Source of the DNA: Candidatus Kuenenia stuttgartensis
GTDB taxonomy: Bacteria; Planctomycetota; Brocadiia; Brocadiales; Brocadiaceae
Direction: 5' to 3'
Length of the DNA: 32,000 bases
Assembly: GCF_900232105.1 (NCBI RefSeq)
Contig: NZ_LT934425.1
Span: 360,001 to 392,000 of the forward strand
Shown here: one piece after another, positions 17,212 to 26,262 of the stretch
Numbering within the stretch: the first letter of the stretch is position 1
How the letters are laid out: the number at the start of each line of letters is the position of its first letter
Made by a program: the position numbers and the translations under genes
The notes under the pieces: model-generated
Database searches by the model: none
Told to the model about the DNA's origin: nothing
The model's input: only the letters and a program-made list of their open reading frames with translations

Positions 17212-18822
17212 CTACTTTAAGACCTTTGCCTGCGGCGGCCATAAGTGTTTTCTTGCTATGCTGGCCTTAATAATTCCCCGTATAATTTCTTTATCAGCAT
17301 TATTAATCTTCTTTCCCTTCATATACGCCCTGTAAAACCGTAATCTGTCCGTGTATGTCAAACAATCTGGCATCGATGCATTTATTTGAGACAAATTTCT
17401 AATGCGTTCATCACGCGTAATTCTTCCGTTAAAGTAAACCCTGTCGAGGTCAAGGTAATAAAAATTCCAGGCATCAGGCAATTCATTCACCAGGATATTA
17501 TTTGCCTTCAGATCAGCGTGATATACCCCCAAATCGTGCAATTTCCTAAAAGACTCCGCCAGACTTGAAACAAACCTTCTTTTTTTTCTAAAAACCGGTT
17601 TGCCATGCGCCCTATTTAATTTTTCCGTTACATATTGATTACACGGCAAATTCCCGGATGCATTCTCCGTCACAAGAAAGCTTTTCTCCAGAATGCCATA
17701 CTTCCTGCTTTCGCAAAGCGCAATCGGTTGAGGAGTCAGAAGTTTTAGCGCTAAAAGCCCATGAGAGGCAAGCCATGCCTTTCGCGCAGGGGAATGAATG
17801 AGGGAATAAACGCCTCTTTTTAACAAAGCTGGATAACGGTATTCTTTTACGCACACACCTTTGATTTTTTCATCAGGGCAGAAAACAAGGGTAATCCCTG
17901 TTTTATGAGAATTTTTAATAACATTCTCCTGCCTATCGCGCAATGAATCATTATGCTTTTCAATGAGGGCAAGCAGTGTATCTGCGTCCCACTCCGCTCT
18001 CATGTTTATTCTGTAACCGCCCTTTTTTATTATGGTAAATATATTATTTTTCTTTAAACATTTTCCCGCCCTGCTGCGCCATATACGGTATTTCGTAGCA
18101 CCTACGCTCTCTAATATTTCTTTAGGATCAAAAGTTCCGTAACAACGCGCCAATTCAATTATCTCGTCATTTGTGCATACATCTTTAATGGAATACAATA
18201 ATCGGGACAATTCCTTCTTTCTGGCAGGCAATGTCGTTTTTTTCCCGCACCTGGCACGGCCAATATCTATTAAATAAAACAGCGCAAAATCATTGACGTC
18301 AACCAATATATTCTCAGCGTGAAGTTCTCCGTGTAAAATCCCGGCGTCATGCATATTTTTTACAAAGAGTATAAGGTTTCGCAACACCTCCTTTTTTTGT
18401 ATTACGCCCGCCGGAGTCTTTATTAACTCAAGCAAAAGGGCTTTTACTGCAATGCTGTTTGGAATTGTTTTTGAAATTATGTAACAATCCCGGAGTATTC
18501 CGCAACTACGTGTTTCTCCCATAGCTACTGGTTCTGCGGTATGAAAACCGTTTTTCAGCAATAAAAAACCCTGATTCCACTCCCTTTTAGCCTTTGACTG
18601 AGCAAACAACGATTTAAACCTGTCGATACTGCCCTTTGCCTTATAGTGTTTTATATAATACGATTCATGACTATTAGTATATTTCAAAACCCTCCTGAAA
18701 TGTCCATTACGTACCATTTCATATTGATCATCCCGATGAATAGTATTAAATATTTCGCTTAACGCATCGGTTAATCCACCGTTCACCAGCCATTCAATAC
18801 CATTATTAACATAATTATTCAT
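17212..18822 (-). CDS. Tandem lipopolysaccharide kinase-like (WaaP/Kdo kinase) protein with two kinase-like domains
   Basis: 536 aa. Domain 1: YYIKHYK..., HGELHAENILV...LIDIGRAR. Domain 2: GVCVKEYRYP..., YHADLKANNILV...YYLDLDRV. Lies at the head of a minus-strand glycan gene run. Confidence 0.85.
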   Translation of the reverse strand: MNNYVNNGIEWLVNGGLTDALSEIFNTIHRDDQYEMVRNGHFRRVLKYTNSHESYYIKHYKAKGSIDRFKSLFAQSKAKREWNQGFLLLKNGFHTAEPVAMGETRSCGILRDCYIISKTIPNSIAVKALLLELIKTPAGVIQKKEVLRNLILFVKNMHDAGILHGELHAENILVDVNDFALFYLIDIGRARCGKKTTLPARKKELSRLLYSIKDVCTNDEIIELARCYGTFDPKEILESVGATKYRIWRSRAGKCLKKNNIFTIIKKGGYRINMRAEWDADTLLALIEKHNDSLRDRQENVIKNSHKTGITLVFCPDEKIKGVCVKEYRYPALLKRGVYSLIHSPARKAWLASHGLLALKLLTPQPIALCESRKYGILEKSFLVTENASGNLPCNQYVTEKLNRAHGKPVFRKKRRFVSSLAESFRKLHDLGVYHADLKANNILVNELPDAWNFYYLDLDRVYFNGRITRDERIRNLSQINASMPDCLTYTDRLRFYRAYMKGKKINNADKEIIRGIIKASIARKHLWPPQAKVLK

Positions 18823-19104
18823 ATCTCATTTCATACCGCACATTCAGGCATGTAAATTTATTTCCAGCCGCTTTACGCTGTTAATCAATAAAATTGTACG
18901 ATCGGTTCGAAAATAAAACTACAAAAAACAACTTAAGTACATATACCACAACATGAAATGGCTATAAAACCATTTTCATCGTTTCCAGGTGTTGTTAACG
19001 CAACATGATGACTGATGACTTATTTTGTCGTTGCCAGGGTTGATTTTGTCATTACAAGCTTCCGTACTACTATCCATCAATTTCTTGTTTTTTATGCGTG
19101 TTTT

Positions 19105-20661
19105 TCATGCCGCCATTTCCGTAAGTGCTTTAATATCAAGGGCTGAAGCGGTCATCAGTGAACAAGAGAACTTCTGGCCTTTCTCCGTCAAAACATAGCG
19201 GTTGGCCCTCGGAACTTTGCGGATTAGACCGTGTGCCCGCAGCATCTTTATCCGTCGGGTCGTTCGTCCGGAATATTTCTTTTGCTGATCCTTGCCGGAT
19301 TGTTCGGATTCCCGGTAAAGCCACTTACGCAAATCATGGTTGCGGAATCCATTTATCGCGTTTTCGCCTTTGGACAGGAACATCAGCATCTGGTAATCAT
19401 CCTGCTGCCAGGGATTCAAACCTCGATACCTCTTGCCCTCTTTGACAACCTTGTTACAAGCGCTGCTCACCACTTCTTTCAGTTTCTCCTCTACCTGAGC
19501 CGCCGCCAAAGCATCCCCATAACGATCATTGCATTGTTGGCTCACCTCACACCGTCGATGAAGATCGCTTACGCCCTTACGCATCTTCTGCCATGACGCC
19601 GGTTTGCCTTCATCATCATTGGGACTCCGAAAGACCTTAAAGTCCCGCGTATTATTGATCGTTGTCTCAATACGCAAGAGACTACCGCTCTTGTTATACA
19701 TCTTCACTGAATTATAATTCACACTGTGCTTGACCCGTATACCTTCATAGCGTCTTCGATAGTCGCTGATAACCTCATCAGGGGCAGCGCCTGCAAGGTT
19801 ACGCCTACCCAAATACTTCATCACCGAAGAACTGTCGCAAACCCGCATCGCATGATGAACAAACGATGGAAACAACTCCTCCAATGCCTCAACCGATTTA
19901 AACATGATGTCCGTCGCCCACTCCGTCTCATCCGCAGACCAGTAATACTCCGGTTCCAACGGACGAAGAATCTGCGACAATGCCGGGCAACTGCCCAACG
20001 CAAGCCCGTTCAGCAGCTTCGCCCAGTCAGTCTTAAGCTGCTCATGGAGCAGAACCTGCGCAGCCGCAATATCCTCTATACGCACAAAACAGTTGCCGTC
20101 CTTAACATAATCAATACCTTGCTTCTGAAGTTGCCGCTCCAGCCAATGACGACCATTGAGACAAATGAAAATATTAAACGGCGCCCAACTCTGGATACGA
20201 ACATGACCAAAACCAAACACTGGATCGTTAAAATAATGATACACAAAGACACACTTGCGGGGCGCCATTACCAACTCGAGCTTCTTGCTGGCCTTGTTGC
20301 CCTTGACCATCGGCGCAATACAAGGCTCTACCACACTCAACAGGCAGATGGAACCTTCCGTAATCCTCTTATCCGCCGCGATCTGGCGAGCCAACTTCTC
20401 CTTATCAACACCGTTGCTCATCAAATACCACACCTCGATACCCAAATCTTTCGCCCGCGATTCACAACTGTCTCGCACCTGTGCCGTAAGCCCATTGACC
20501 CAACCGGAAAAATCCTTAAGCAGAATTCTCGCTTGGTTCATGAATGTTCCCATCCCACGCTCACTGGCCAACCACCGCAATGTCCCGCGAAAACGAATCC
20601 TGTCCAGACCGCTTATTGCACCCACGATCCTGTCTCGATATAATTCCATCAACTTATTCAT
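19105..20661 (-). CDS. Protein of unknown function with C-terminal winged-helix-like domain; possible mobile-element gene
   Basis: 518 aa intact ORF. C-terminus KKYSGRTTRRIKMLRAHGLIRKVPRANRYVLTEKGQKFSCSLMTAS looks like a winged helix; highly basic central region. No DDE/HUH/tyrosine-recombinase motif recognised by eye. Confidence 0.55.
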   Translation of the reverse strand: MNKLMELYRDRIVGAISGLDRIRFRGTLRWLASERGMGTFMNQARILLKDFSGWVNGLTAQVRDSCESRAKDLGIEVWYLMSNGVDKEKLARQIAADKRITEGSICLLSVVEPCIAPMVKGNKASKKLELVMAPRKCVFVYHYFNDPVFGFGHVRIQSWAPFNIFICLNGRHWLERQLQKQGIDYVKDGNCFVRIEDIAAAQVLLHEQLKTDWAKLLNGLALGSCPALSQILRPLEPEYYWSADETEWATDIMFKSVEALEELFPSFVHHAMRVCDSSSVMKYLGRRNLAGAAPDEVISDYRRRYEGIRVKHSVNYNSVKMYNKSGSLLRIETTINNTRDFKVFRSPNDDEGKPASWQKMRKGVSDLHRRCEVSQQCNDRYGDALAAAQVEEKLKEVVSSACNKVVKEGKRYRGLNPWQQDDYQMLMFLSKGENAINGFRNHDLRKWLYRESEQSGKDQQKKYSGRTTRRIKMLRAHGLIRKVPRANRYVLTEKGQKFSCSLMTASALDIKALTEMAA

Positions 20662-20745
20662 AAGTAGTGTCCTCCAAATTGTCTGATTACTATTTACGAG
20701 GATACTACTATACTTTATAATAAACTAAAAATCACCTTTTTGGTT

Positions 20746-20760
20746 GCGGCCAAAGGCCGC
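20746..20760. repeat. Perfect hairpin GCGGCC-AAA-GGCCGC
   Basis: 6-bp GC arms, 3-nt loop, 85 bp upstream of the 518-aa ORF start. Confidence 0.7.
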
Positions 20761-20836
20761 GCTAGGTATTCCGTGGTTAAGAGCTTGTCATTGCGAGGGC
20801 TTTTTCCGAAGCAATCTCACAAACCGTTTAGACGGT

Positions 20837-21082
20837 TTATATTCCTAGCTTTTTCGTTATAGATGAGATAGGGATAGTTTCTCTTTCCTTCGATCTTTCA
20901 TCTAGAAATTCCATGAACTTCTTACTACTACCGAGTTCTTTTACCTCTTTCTCAAACTCATCAATTTCCTCCAGGACATAATTTTTCCCATCTTTGTCGC
21001 AAATCATTAATGGTTCAGATCTTGCCATAGTCAATAATTCATCAATTGAATGTTTCTTTTTCCTTAAATCGATTGTATTCAT
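20837..21082 (-). CDS. Prevent-host-death-like orphan antitoxin candidate
   Basis: 81 aa from MNTIDLRKKKHSIDELLTMARSEPLMICDKDGKNYVLEEIDEFEKEVKELGSSKKFMEFLDERSKERETIPISSITKKLGI. Resembles short Phd-like antitoxins. No toxin ORF adjacent. Confidence 0.6.
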   Translation of the reverse strand: MNTIDLRKKKHSIDELLTMARSEPLMICDKDGKNYVLEEIDEFEKEVKELGSSKKFMEFLDERSKERETIPISSITKKLGI

Positions 21083-21355
21083 AAATCGAAAATTATCACA
21101 TTTATCATCTTGACGCAACACTTGTTATTATTTTACCACCTAACAAGTATATGCTGAAACCCGCTTAAGAATCGTCCTGTCATGCTGCCTTCTCTCTGTG
21201 CAATTTGCATTTTTCATTTTGCATTTTCACTGTTTTTGCTTTAATATCGCCACAAAGAAAAGGGGGGAACACCATCCCCTCCCCGTCGTTTTACCACACA
21301 ATGATAAGCAGAAAAGATTATTCGCAATAACCATTGGAACAGGCACTCTCTCATT

Positions 21356-23383
21356 TTGAAAAAATATTTTTGCATATATTGCTCACTGGCGCTCTTGTTT
21401 TACTCATTTGTCGTTTATTTGAATTGTCTGCACAATTCCTTTGTGTATGATGATCAATCAACGATAGTCGATAATTATTTCATACGGCACTGGCATAACT
21501 TTCCGGATATTTTTACAGGCAAATATTTTTCTCTTTCCGCTGAATTAACGTATCGTCCGGTAGTCACCCTCTCTTATTTTGTTGATTTTACCTTCTGGAA
21601 ATCCAACCCTGCCGGCTACCACCTTACCAATGTTTTAATCCATTCGGCAAACTGTGTATTCTTCTTTCTCTTTTGTTTTCAACTGCTGAAAAAACGGCTA
21701 ACTGCTTTTGTGTCGGCATTACTGTTTTCTTCATATCCCCTCTTATCAGAATCCGTAAACGCAATCGGGTTTCGGGAGGATCTGTTTGCGTTTCTATTTA
21801 TGATATCGGGCTTTCTCTTTTTTTTAAAATCCCGCAAAGACAAATATTTCATTCATTACTCATTATCTTTACTCTGTTATTTTTTTGGACTTTTCTCCAA
21901 AGAAATGGCGATTACTTTACCGGTATTAATTATTTTACACGACCTTGTTTTCCCACCGTTTTTACTAAAAAATACACTGTTGGCAGGACGTCAAAACAAC
22001 GGGAGTGTGCAACCAATAAACCCATCCATATCATTACGCCTCTCTTATCTAAAATCAGGTTTTTATCGCTATTATAGCGGCTACCTGCTGATTTCTCTTT
22101 TCTATCTCTCAATCCGCTTTTACTTTCTCCACAATCCTTTGGAATCAGAAATACAATCGCCATTAAAGAATCCTTTCTCCAGCTTTCTTACCATGACCCA
22201 CGTATTGGCATATTATATAAAATTACTCTTCCTTCCCTTTCCTTTAAATGTGGATTATGTGATTCCTGTTTCAACATCCATTGCGAAAATATCCTTCTGG
22301 ATATACGCACTGCTTTTAACGGCAACGGGAATACTTGCATTTCGTACAAAACAAAGAAATAACTATATTTTCTTTTGCATTGTGTGGTTTTTCATTACCT
22401 TATCCCCCGTAATGAATATTATCCCATTGGGCAATGTTATGGCAGAAAGGTATTTATATGTTCCTTGTGCCGGTATTTGCATGGCATTTGGGATTTTGTT
22501 GACTAAGAGCGCCTCCTTTTTATCTTCTTATCATGAACGGAACACCGTCAGAAAACCTTTTACATTCACTACAACTTTCCCTATTTCGCTGACGCTGCTT
22601 CCGGCGCTCTTTTTTCTTTTGTCAGGAAGCGCATATTTAACGCTTCGGAGAAACACGGATTGGAAGGATGGGTTACGCTTATGGTCAAAAACACTTACTG
22701 TTTCACCGAACAGTGCGAGAAGTCACATTAACCTGGGAAATGCCTATGAAAAAATGGACATTAACAGCGCCGCTTTTGAAGAATACAAAAAGGCGTTAAA
22801 AATAGACCCGAACGACGCCGACCTTTTTAATAACCTTGGCATTTATTATGACAAAATGCGTCTTTATGAAGATGCAATTGCCTGTTACAAAAAAAGTATT
22901 GAAATATATCCACAACACACACAAGCACATAATAATTTAGGGGTAATATATACCAAAGAAAGAATATTAGATGAAGCAATCCGGGAATTTACCAAAGCAA
23001 TCTCAATAAATCATTATTACCCTGACGCACACAGTAACCTTGGCATCGCATATTACCGAAAGGGCGCTATGGATCTGGCGGAACGTGAATTCCTGACTGC
23101 GATTTCTATGGAACCAAATCACGCAAAGGCCCATAACGGACTTGGCATCCTCTATAACGACAGGCAGCAATTTGACAATGCCATTCATGCATTTCAAACT
23201 GCCGTAAAAATCAAACCCGATTACGCAAACGCCCATATGAATCTGGGCGCTCTGCTGCTGAAACACAAAAAAGACAAACATGCGGCATTATTTCATCTTA
23301 AAGAAAGCATAAAACTCGATCCGCAACAAGACCAGGCTACCGGCATAAACAAACTTATACAACAACTTGAACAGGCAAACTAA
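21356..23383 (+). CDS. TMTC-like/GT-C-type multi-pass membrane protein with C-terminal TPR repeats
   Basis: 675 aa. N-term NSFVYDDQSTIVDN...ELTYRPVVTLSYFVDFTFWKSNPAGYHLTNVLIHSANC...GFREDL, many TM segments, then about six TPRs (SARSHINLGNAYEKM, ADLFNNLGIYYDKM, TQAHNNLGVIYTKE, PDAHSNLGIAYYRK, AKAHNGLGILYNDR, ANAHMNLGALLLKH). TTG start. Confidence 0.88.
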   Translation: MKKYFCIYCSLALLFYSFVVYLNCLHNSFVYDDQSTIVDNYFIRHWHNFPDIFTGKYFSLSAELTYRPVVTLSYFVDFTFWKSNPAGYHLTNVLIHSANCVFFFLFCFQLLKKRLTAFVSALLFSSYPLLSESVNAIGFREDLFAFLFMISGFLFFLKSRKDKYFIHYSLSLLCYFFGLFSKEMAITLPVLIILHDLVFPPFLLKNTLLAGRQNNGSVQPINPSISLRLSYLKSGFYRYYSGYLLISLFYLSIRFYFLHNPLESEIQSPLKNPFSSFLTMTHVLAYYIKLLFLPFPLNVDYVIPVSTSIAKISFWIYALLLTATGILAFRTKQRNNYIFFCIVWFFITLSPVMNIIPLGNVMAERYLYVPCAGICMAFGILLTKSASFLSSYHERNTVRKPFTFTTTFPISLTLLPALFFLLSGSAYLTLRRNTDWKDGLRLWSKTLTVSPNSARSHINLGNAYEKMDINSAAFEEYKKALKIDPNDADLFNNLGIYYDKMRLYEDAIACYKKSIEIYPQHTQAHNNLGVIYTKERILDEAIREFTKAISINHYYPDAHSNLGIAYYRKGAMDLAEREFLTAISMEPNHAKAHNGLGILYNDRQQFDNAIHAFQTAVKIKPDYANAHMNLGALLLKHKKDKHAALFHLKESIKLDPQQDQATGINKLIQQLEQAN

Positions 23384-23452
23384 ACGTAATTTCTCAATAA
23401 GTTGAGACTGTGCAATCGGCAGTCGGCAAATTGCAGACTGTGGACTGTAGAA

Positions 23453-23532
23453 ATTATTATAAAAACATCAACTTATTGAGAAGTTATCAAAAGGACAAAA
23501 GCAATATTTTACACTGTCCCCTGTTCAGCATT
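23453..23532. repeat. Direct repeat, copy 1 (80 bp)
   Basis: ATTATTATAAAAACATCAACTTATTGAGAAGTTATCAAAAGGACAAAAGCAATATTTTACACTGTCCCCTGTTCAGCATT; near-identical to 23827-23917. Confidence 0.88.
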
Positions 23533-23533
23533 C

Positions 23534-23595
23534 GCTCTCGTTCCCAAGCTCCAGCTTGGGAATGTGATTGTTTGAGAAGCTCCGGCTTCGCATGG
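23534..23595. repeat. Dispersed palindrome-headed repeat, copy 1 (GCTCTCGTTCCCAAGCTCCAGCTTGGGAATGTGATTG...AGAAGCTCCGGCTTC)
   Basis: Related copies at 23740-23795 (opposite strand) and 31709-31775. Confidence 0.78.
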
Positions 23596-23739
23596 AAAAA
23601 AGAATAAAACCATGCTATCCATATATTTGAAAATCTATTTCATGCTTCGTTAAATCGTTAAATCTCCCAGTAGGGGGGCAAGGGGGGATGCTAATCCCTT
23701 TAACTTTGAACCGAATATGCTTACCAAAGGGAAGCGAGA

Positions 23740-23795
23740 GCTTCCAATGCAATTGCGTTCCCAAGCCGGAGCTTGGGAACGAGCGTTTTTGCTTT
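23740..23795. repeat. Dispersed palindrome-headed repeat, copy 2 (reverse orientation)
   Basis: GGGAAGCGAGAGCTTCCAATGCAATTGCGTTCCCAAGCCGGAGCTTGGGAACGAGC. Confidence 0.78.
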
Positions 23796-23816
23796 TTCAA
23801 AAAACTAAAGTGTTAC
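23785..23816. repeat. Solitary right arm of the GTAACACTTTAG element family
   Basis: TTTTTGCTTTTTCAAAAAACTAAAGTGTTAC. Confidence 0.75.
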
Positions 23817-23826
23817 AAAGTTTTAC

Positions 23827-23917
23827 ATTATTATAAAAACATCAACTTATTGAAAAGTTACAACTAAACGATCAAAAGGACAAAGGCAATATTTTAGACT
23901 GTCCCCTGTTCAGCATT
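23827..23917. repeat. Direct repeat, copy 2 (91 bp), overlaps the 3' end of recD2
   Basis: Same as 23453-23532 except for an 11-bp insertion (ACAACTAAACG) and point changes. Confidence 0.88.
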
Positions 23918-26101
23918 AAATACCTCTACCAGCCTTCTTTTTAAATACGTATATCTTTTACATGGTTTGTCATTTTTTACTGCGATTGCCAATGCCTTTT
24001 TTGTACCTATTAACACCACCAATTTCCTTCCCCTGGTTATTCCTGTATACAAAAGATTTCTTTGCAAGAGCATATAATGTTGCATATGAACAGGCAGTAT
24101 AACAACAGGGTACTCACTCCCCTGGGATTTATGAATCGATACCGCATACGCCAGCACTATTTCATCGAGTTCTTTGTAATCATATACAACCTCCCCTCCG
24201 TCATAATTTACGGTAATTTCCTGATATTCATCATCTATATCAACAATGAACCCTATATCACCATTATATACATCTTTTTCATAGTTATTTACTATTTGCA
24301 TAACCTTATCATGTTTTTTAAATTGTCTTGTGCCTTTTATTAATTCAACAGGAGATTTATTGAGGGCATTTTGAAGGGTGTTATTTAAATGATGTACCCC
24401 CAATACCCCCTTATTCATTGCCGTTAACACCTGGATATCCTTAATAGCATCAAACTGAAATCTGCCGGGAATCCGTTCTTTACATAACGAAACGATTTCG
24501 TTTATTATTTTTTCAGGGTCTTCAAGCTGAATAAAATAAAAATCCTGAAGTCTGTCTTTTTCAAAAGTAAGCACCGGCATATATCCGCTGTTTATCCGAT
24601 GAGCATTCATCACCACAACGCTTTCTTTCGCCTGACGAAAGATCTCATTGAGATGAACGTAAGGCACAACACCAGACGTTATGATATCATTTAAAACATT
24701 TCCCGCCCCTATCGAGGGAAGCTGATTTACATCACCGACGAGGATCAGGGTTGCATCCTTCCGGACAGCCTTCAAAAAATGGTACATAAGTATCGTATCC
24801 ACCATTGATACTTCATCCACGATAATTACATTTGCGTCCAGTGGATTTCTCTCATTTTTCCTGAAACCCCCTTCCTGTGGGTTTATCTCCAATAATCTAT
24901 GAAGCGTTTTCGCCTCATGTCCCGTCATCTCAAACATTCTCTTCGCCGCCCTGCCCGTTGGCGCAGCTAATATTACACTAAACCCTGATTTCTCATAAAT
25001 TCTGATAATTGTTTTTATAATCGTGGTCTTACCCGTACCAGGTCCTCCTGTAATGACAAATACCTTTTTATCTATCGCCCCTTTTACCGCCAGGAGTTGT
25101 TTTTCCGCAAGGTAAATACCAAACTCTTTCTGAACCCAATCAACAGAGGTATCCATACCCATCAGATACATCCGTTTTTCCTTTTGCATCAGGTCATTGA
25201 GCATTTCCGCTATTCCCTTTTCCGATACATAACATTTTGCAAGATATATCGCCTTGTTATTGGCCGTTATTTCATCATTTTCATTACAGTCTTCAATTAC
25301 TATCCTCTTCTCAAACGCAATGGTTCCAAATGCACGGATAATAAGGTCGCGTTCTACCTCAAGCACCTTCCTGCATTCCTCCGTCAATAATTCGTAAGGA
25401 TAGTACACATGGCCTTCGTTTAATAATTTTTTCAGAACATACAAAATGCCCGCTTCAGCACGCAATATTGAGTCCTTCGCAATGCCCATATTTTCAGCAA
25501 TTTTATCTGCGGTAATAAACCCGATACCAAATACTTCCATTGCCAGCCGGTACGGGTTCTCTTTTACAATACGGACAGATTCCCTGCCGTACTGTTTAAA
25601 TATCTTTGCCGCATATGCAGAGCTTACTCCGTTGCTTTGAAGAAAAAGCATTACCTCCTTTACTTCTTTTTGTTCCGTCCATGCGGTTTTGATCATCGCA
25701 ATGCGCTTTTCTCCAATGCCTTCCACCTGTTTTAGCTGTTCTATTGAATGTTCAATAATATCAAGTGAGGCCACTCCAAAGCGGGACACGATTCTTTTTG
25801 CCATTACCGTCCCAATGCCTTTAATAAGCCCTGAACCAAGGTATTTTTCAATACCCTTTGCAGTTGCGGGGGTCACCGGTTCGTAAGAACTCACTTTAAA
25901 TTGTTCTCCATATTTCGGATGACAATACCAATGCCCCCGAAGATTTACTGTTTCGCCTTCAGTAACCGATGCCAGGTTGCCGATAAAGGTAATGACCTCC
26001 TTATGATTATTTACCTTCATTTTGGCAATAGTGTATCCCGTATCTTCGTTGCGATAGGTAATTCTTTCTAATTGCCCCTGAATGACAGATTCTATGGTCA
26101 T
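23894..26101 (-). CDS. recD2: ATP-dependent RecD-like DNA helicase (RecD2)
   Basis: 735 aa. N-terminal OB-like domain, HhH (IKGIGTVMAKRIVSRFG), Walker A ITGGPGTGKTTIIK, AAPTGRAAKRM, DEVSMVD, GDVNQLPS, C-terminal YAVSIHKSQGSEYPVVI. Confidence 0.95.
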   Translation of the reverse strand: MTIESVIQGQLERITYRNEDTGYTIAKMKVNNHKEVITFIGNLASVTEGETVNLRGHWYCHPKYGEQFKVSSYEPVTPATAKGIEKYLGSGLIKGIGTVMAKRIVSRFGVASLDIIEHSIEQLKQVEGIGEKRIAMIKTAWTEQKEVKEVMLFLQSNGVSSAYAAKIFKQYGRESVRIVKENPYRLAMEVFGIGFITADKIAENMGIAKDSILRAEAGILYVLKKLLNEGHVYYPYELLTEECRKVLEVERDLIIRAFGTIAFEKRIVIEDCNENDEITANNKAIYLAKCYVSEKGIAEMLNDLMQKEKRMYLMGMDTSVDWVQKEFGIYLAEKQLLAVKGAIDKKVFVITGGPGTGKTTIIKTIIRIYEKSGFSVILAAPTGRAAKRMFEMTGHEAKTLHRLLEINPQEGGFRKNERNPLDANVIIVDEVSMVDTILMYHFLKAVRKDATLILVGDVNQLPSIGAGNVLNDIITSGVVPYVHLNEIFRQAKESVVVMNAHRINSGYMPVLTFEKDRLQDFYFIQLEDPEKIINEIVSLCKERIPGRFQFDAIKDIQVLTAMNKGVLGVHHLNNTLQNALNKSPVELIKGTRQFKKHDKVMQIVNNYEKDVYNGDIGFIVDIDDEYQEITVNYDGGEVVYDYKELDEIVLAYAVSIHKSQGSEYPVVILPVHMQHYMLLQRNLLYTGITRGRKLVVLIGTKKALAIAVKNDKPCKRYTYLKRRLVEVFNAEQGTV

Positions 26102-26125
26102 ATTCTGTTACTCTACAAAAACATT

Positions 26126-26262
26126 GTAACACTTTAGTTTTTTTAAAAATTCCAATACTCGCCGTGTAGGGTCAAAGCATTTGCCCGTTTGGGTATGAAC
26201 GCATTTATGACAGTTTACATCAAATGCTTCGCCCCTGCTTTTTCAAAAAGCTAAAGTGTTAC
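26126..26262. repeat. Palindromic (MITE-like) element, copy C
   Basis: GTAACACTTTAGTTTTTTTAAAAATTCCAATACTCGCCGTG + TAGGGTCAAAGCATTTGCCCGTTTGGGTATGAACGCATTTATGACAG...CAAATGCTTCGCCCCTG + CTTTTTCAAAAAGCTAAAGTGTTAC. Confidence 0.9.

Noticed and set aside
18953-18979. ATGAAATGG...CCATTTTCAT hairpin as a terminator for the 518-aa gene
   Set aside because: Imperfect stem and no T-run on the relevant strand; not supported as a terminator.
19726-20643. 305-aa plus-strand ORF antisense to the 518-aa gene
   Set aside because: Shadow ORF of a GC-richer coding region. The minus-strand frame shows protein-like features (winged-helix end), the plus strand does not.
23401-23450. AATCGGCAGTCGGCAAATTGCAGACTGTGGACTG motif and the similar AATCGGCAATCTGCAATTTGCAATTTGCCGACTGC at 27878-27912
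   Set aside because: Short, low-information words with partial similarity. They may be debris of a dispersed repeat, but I could not define a consensus.
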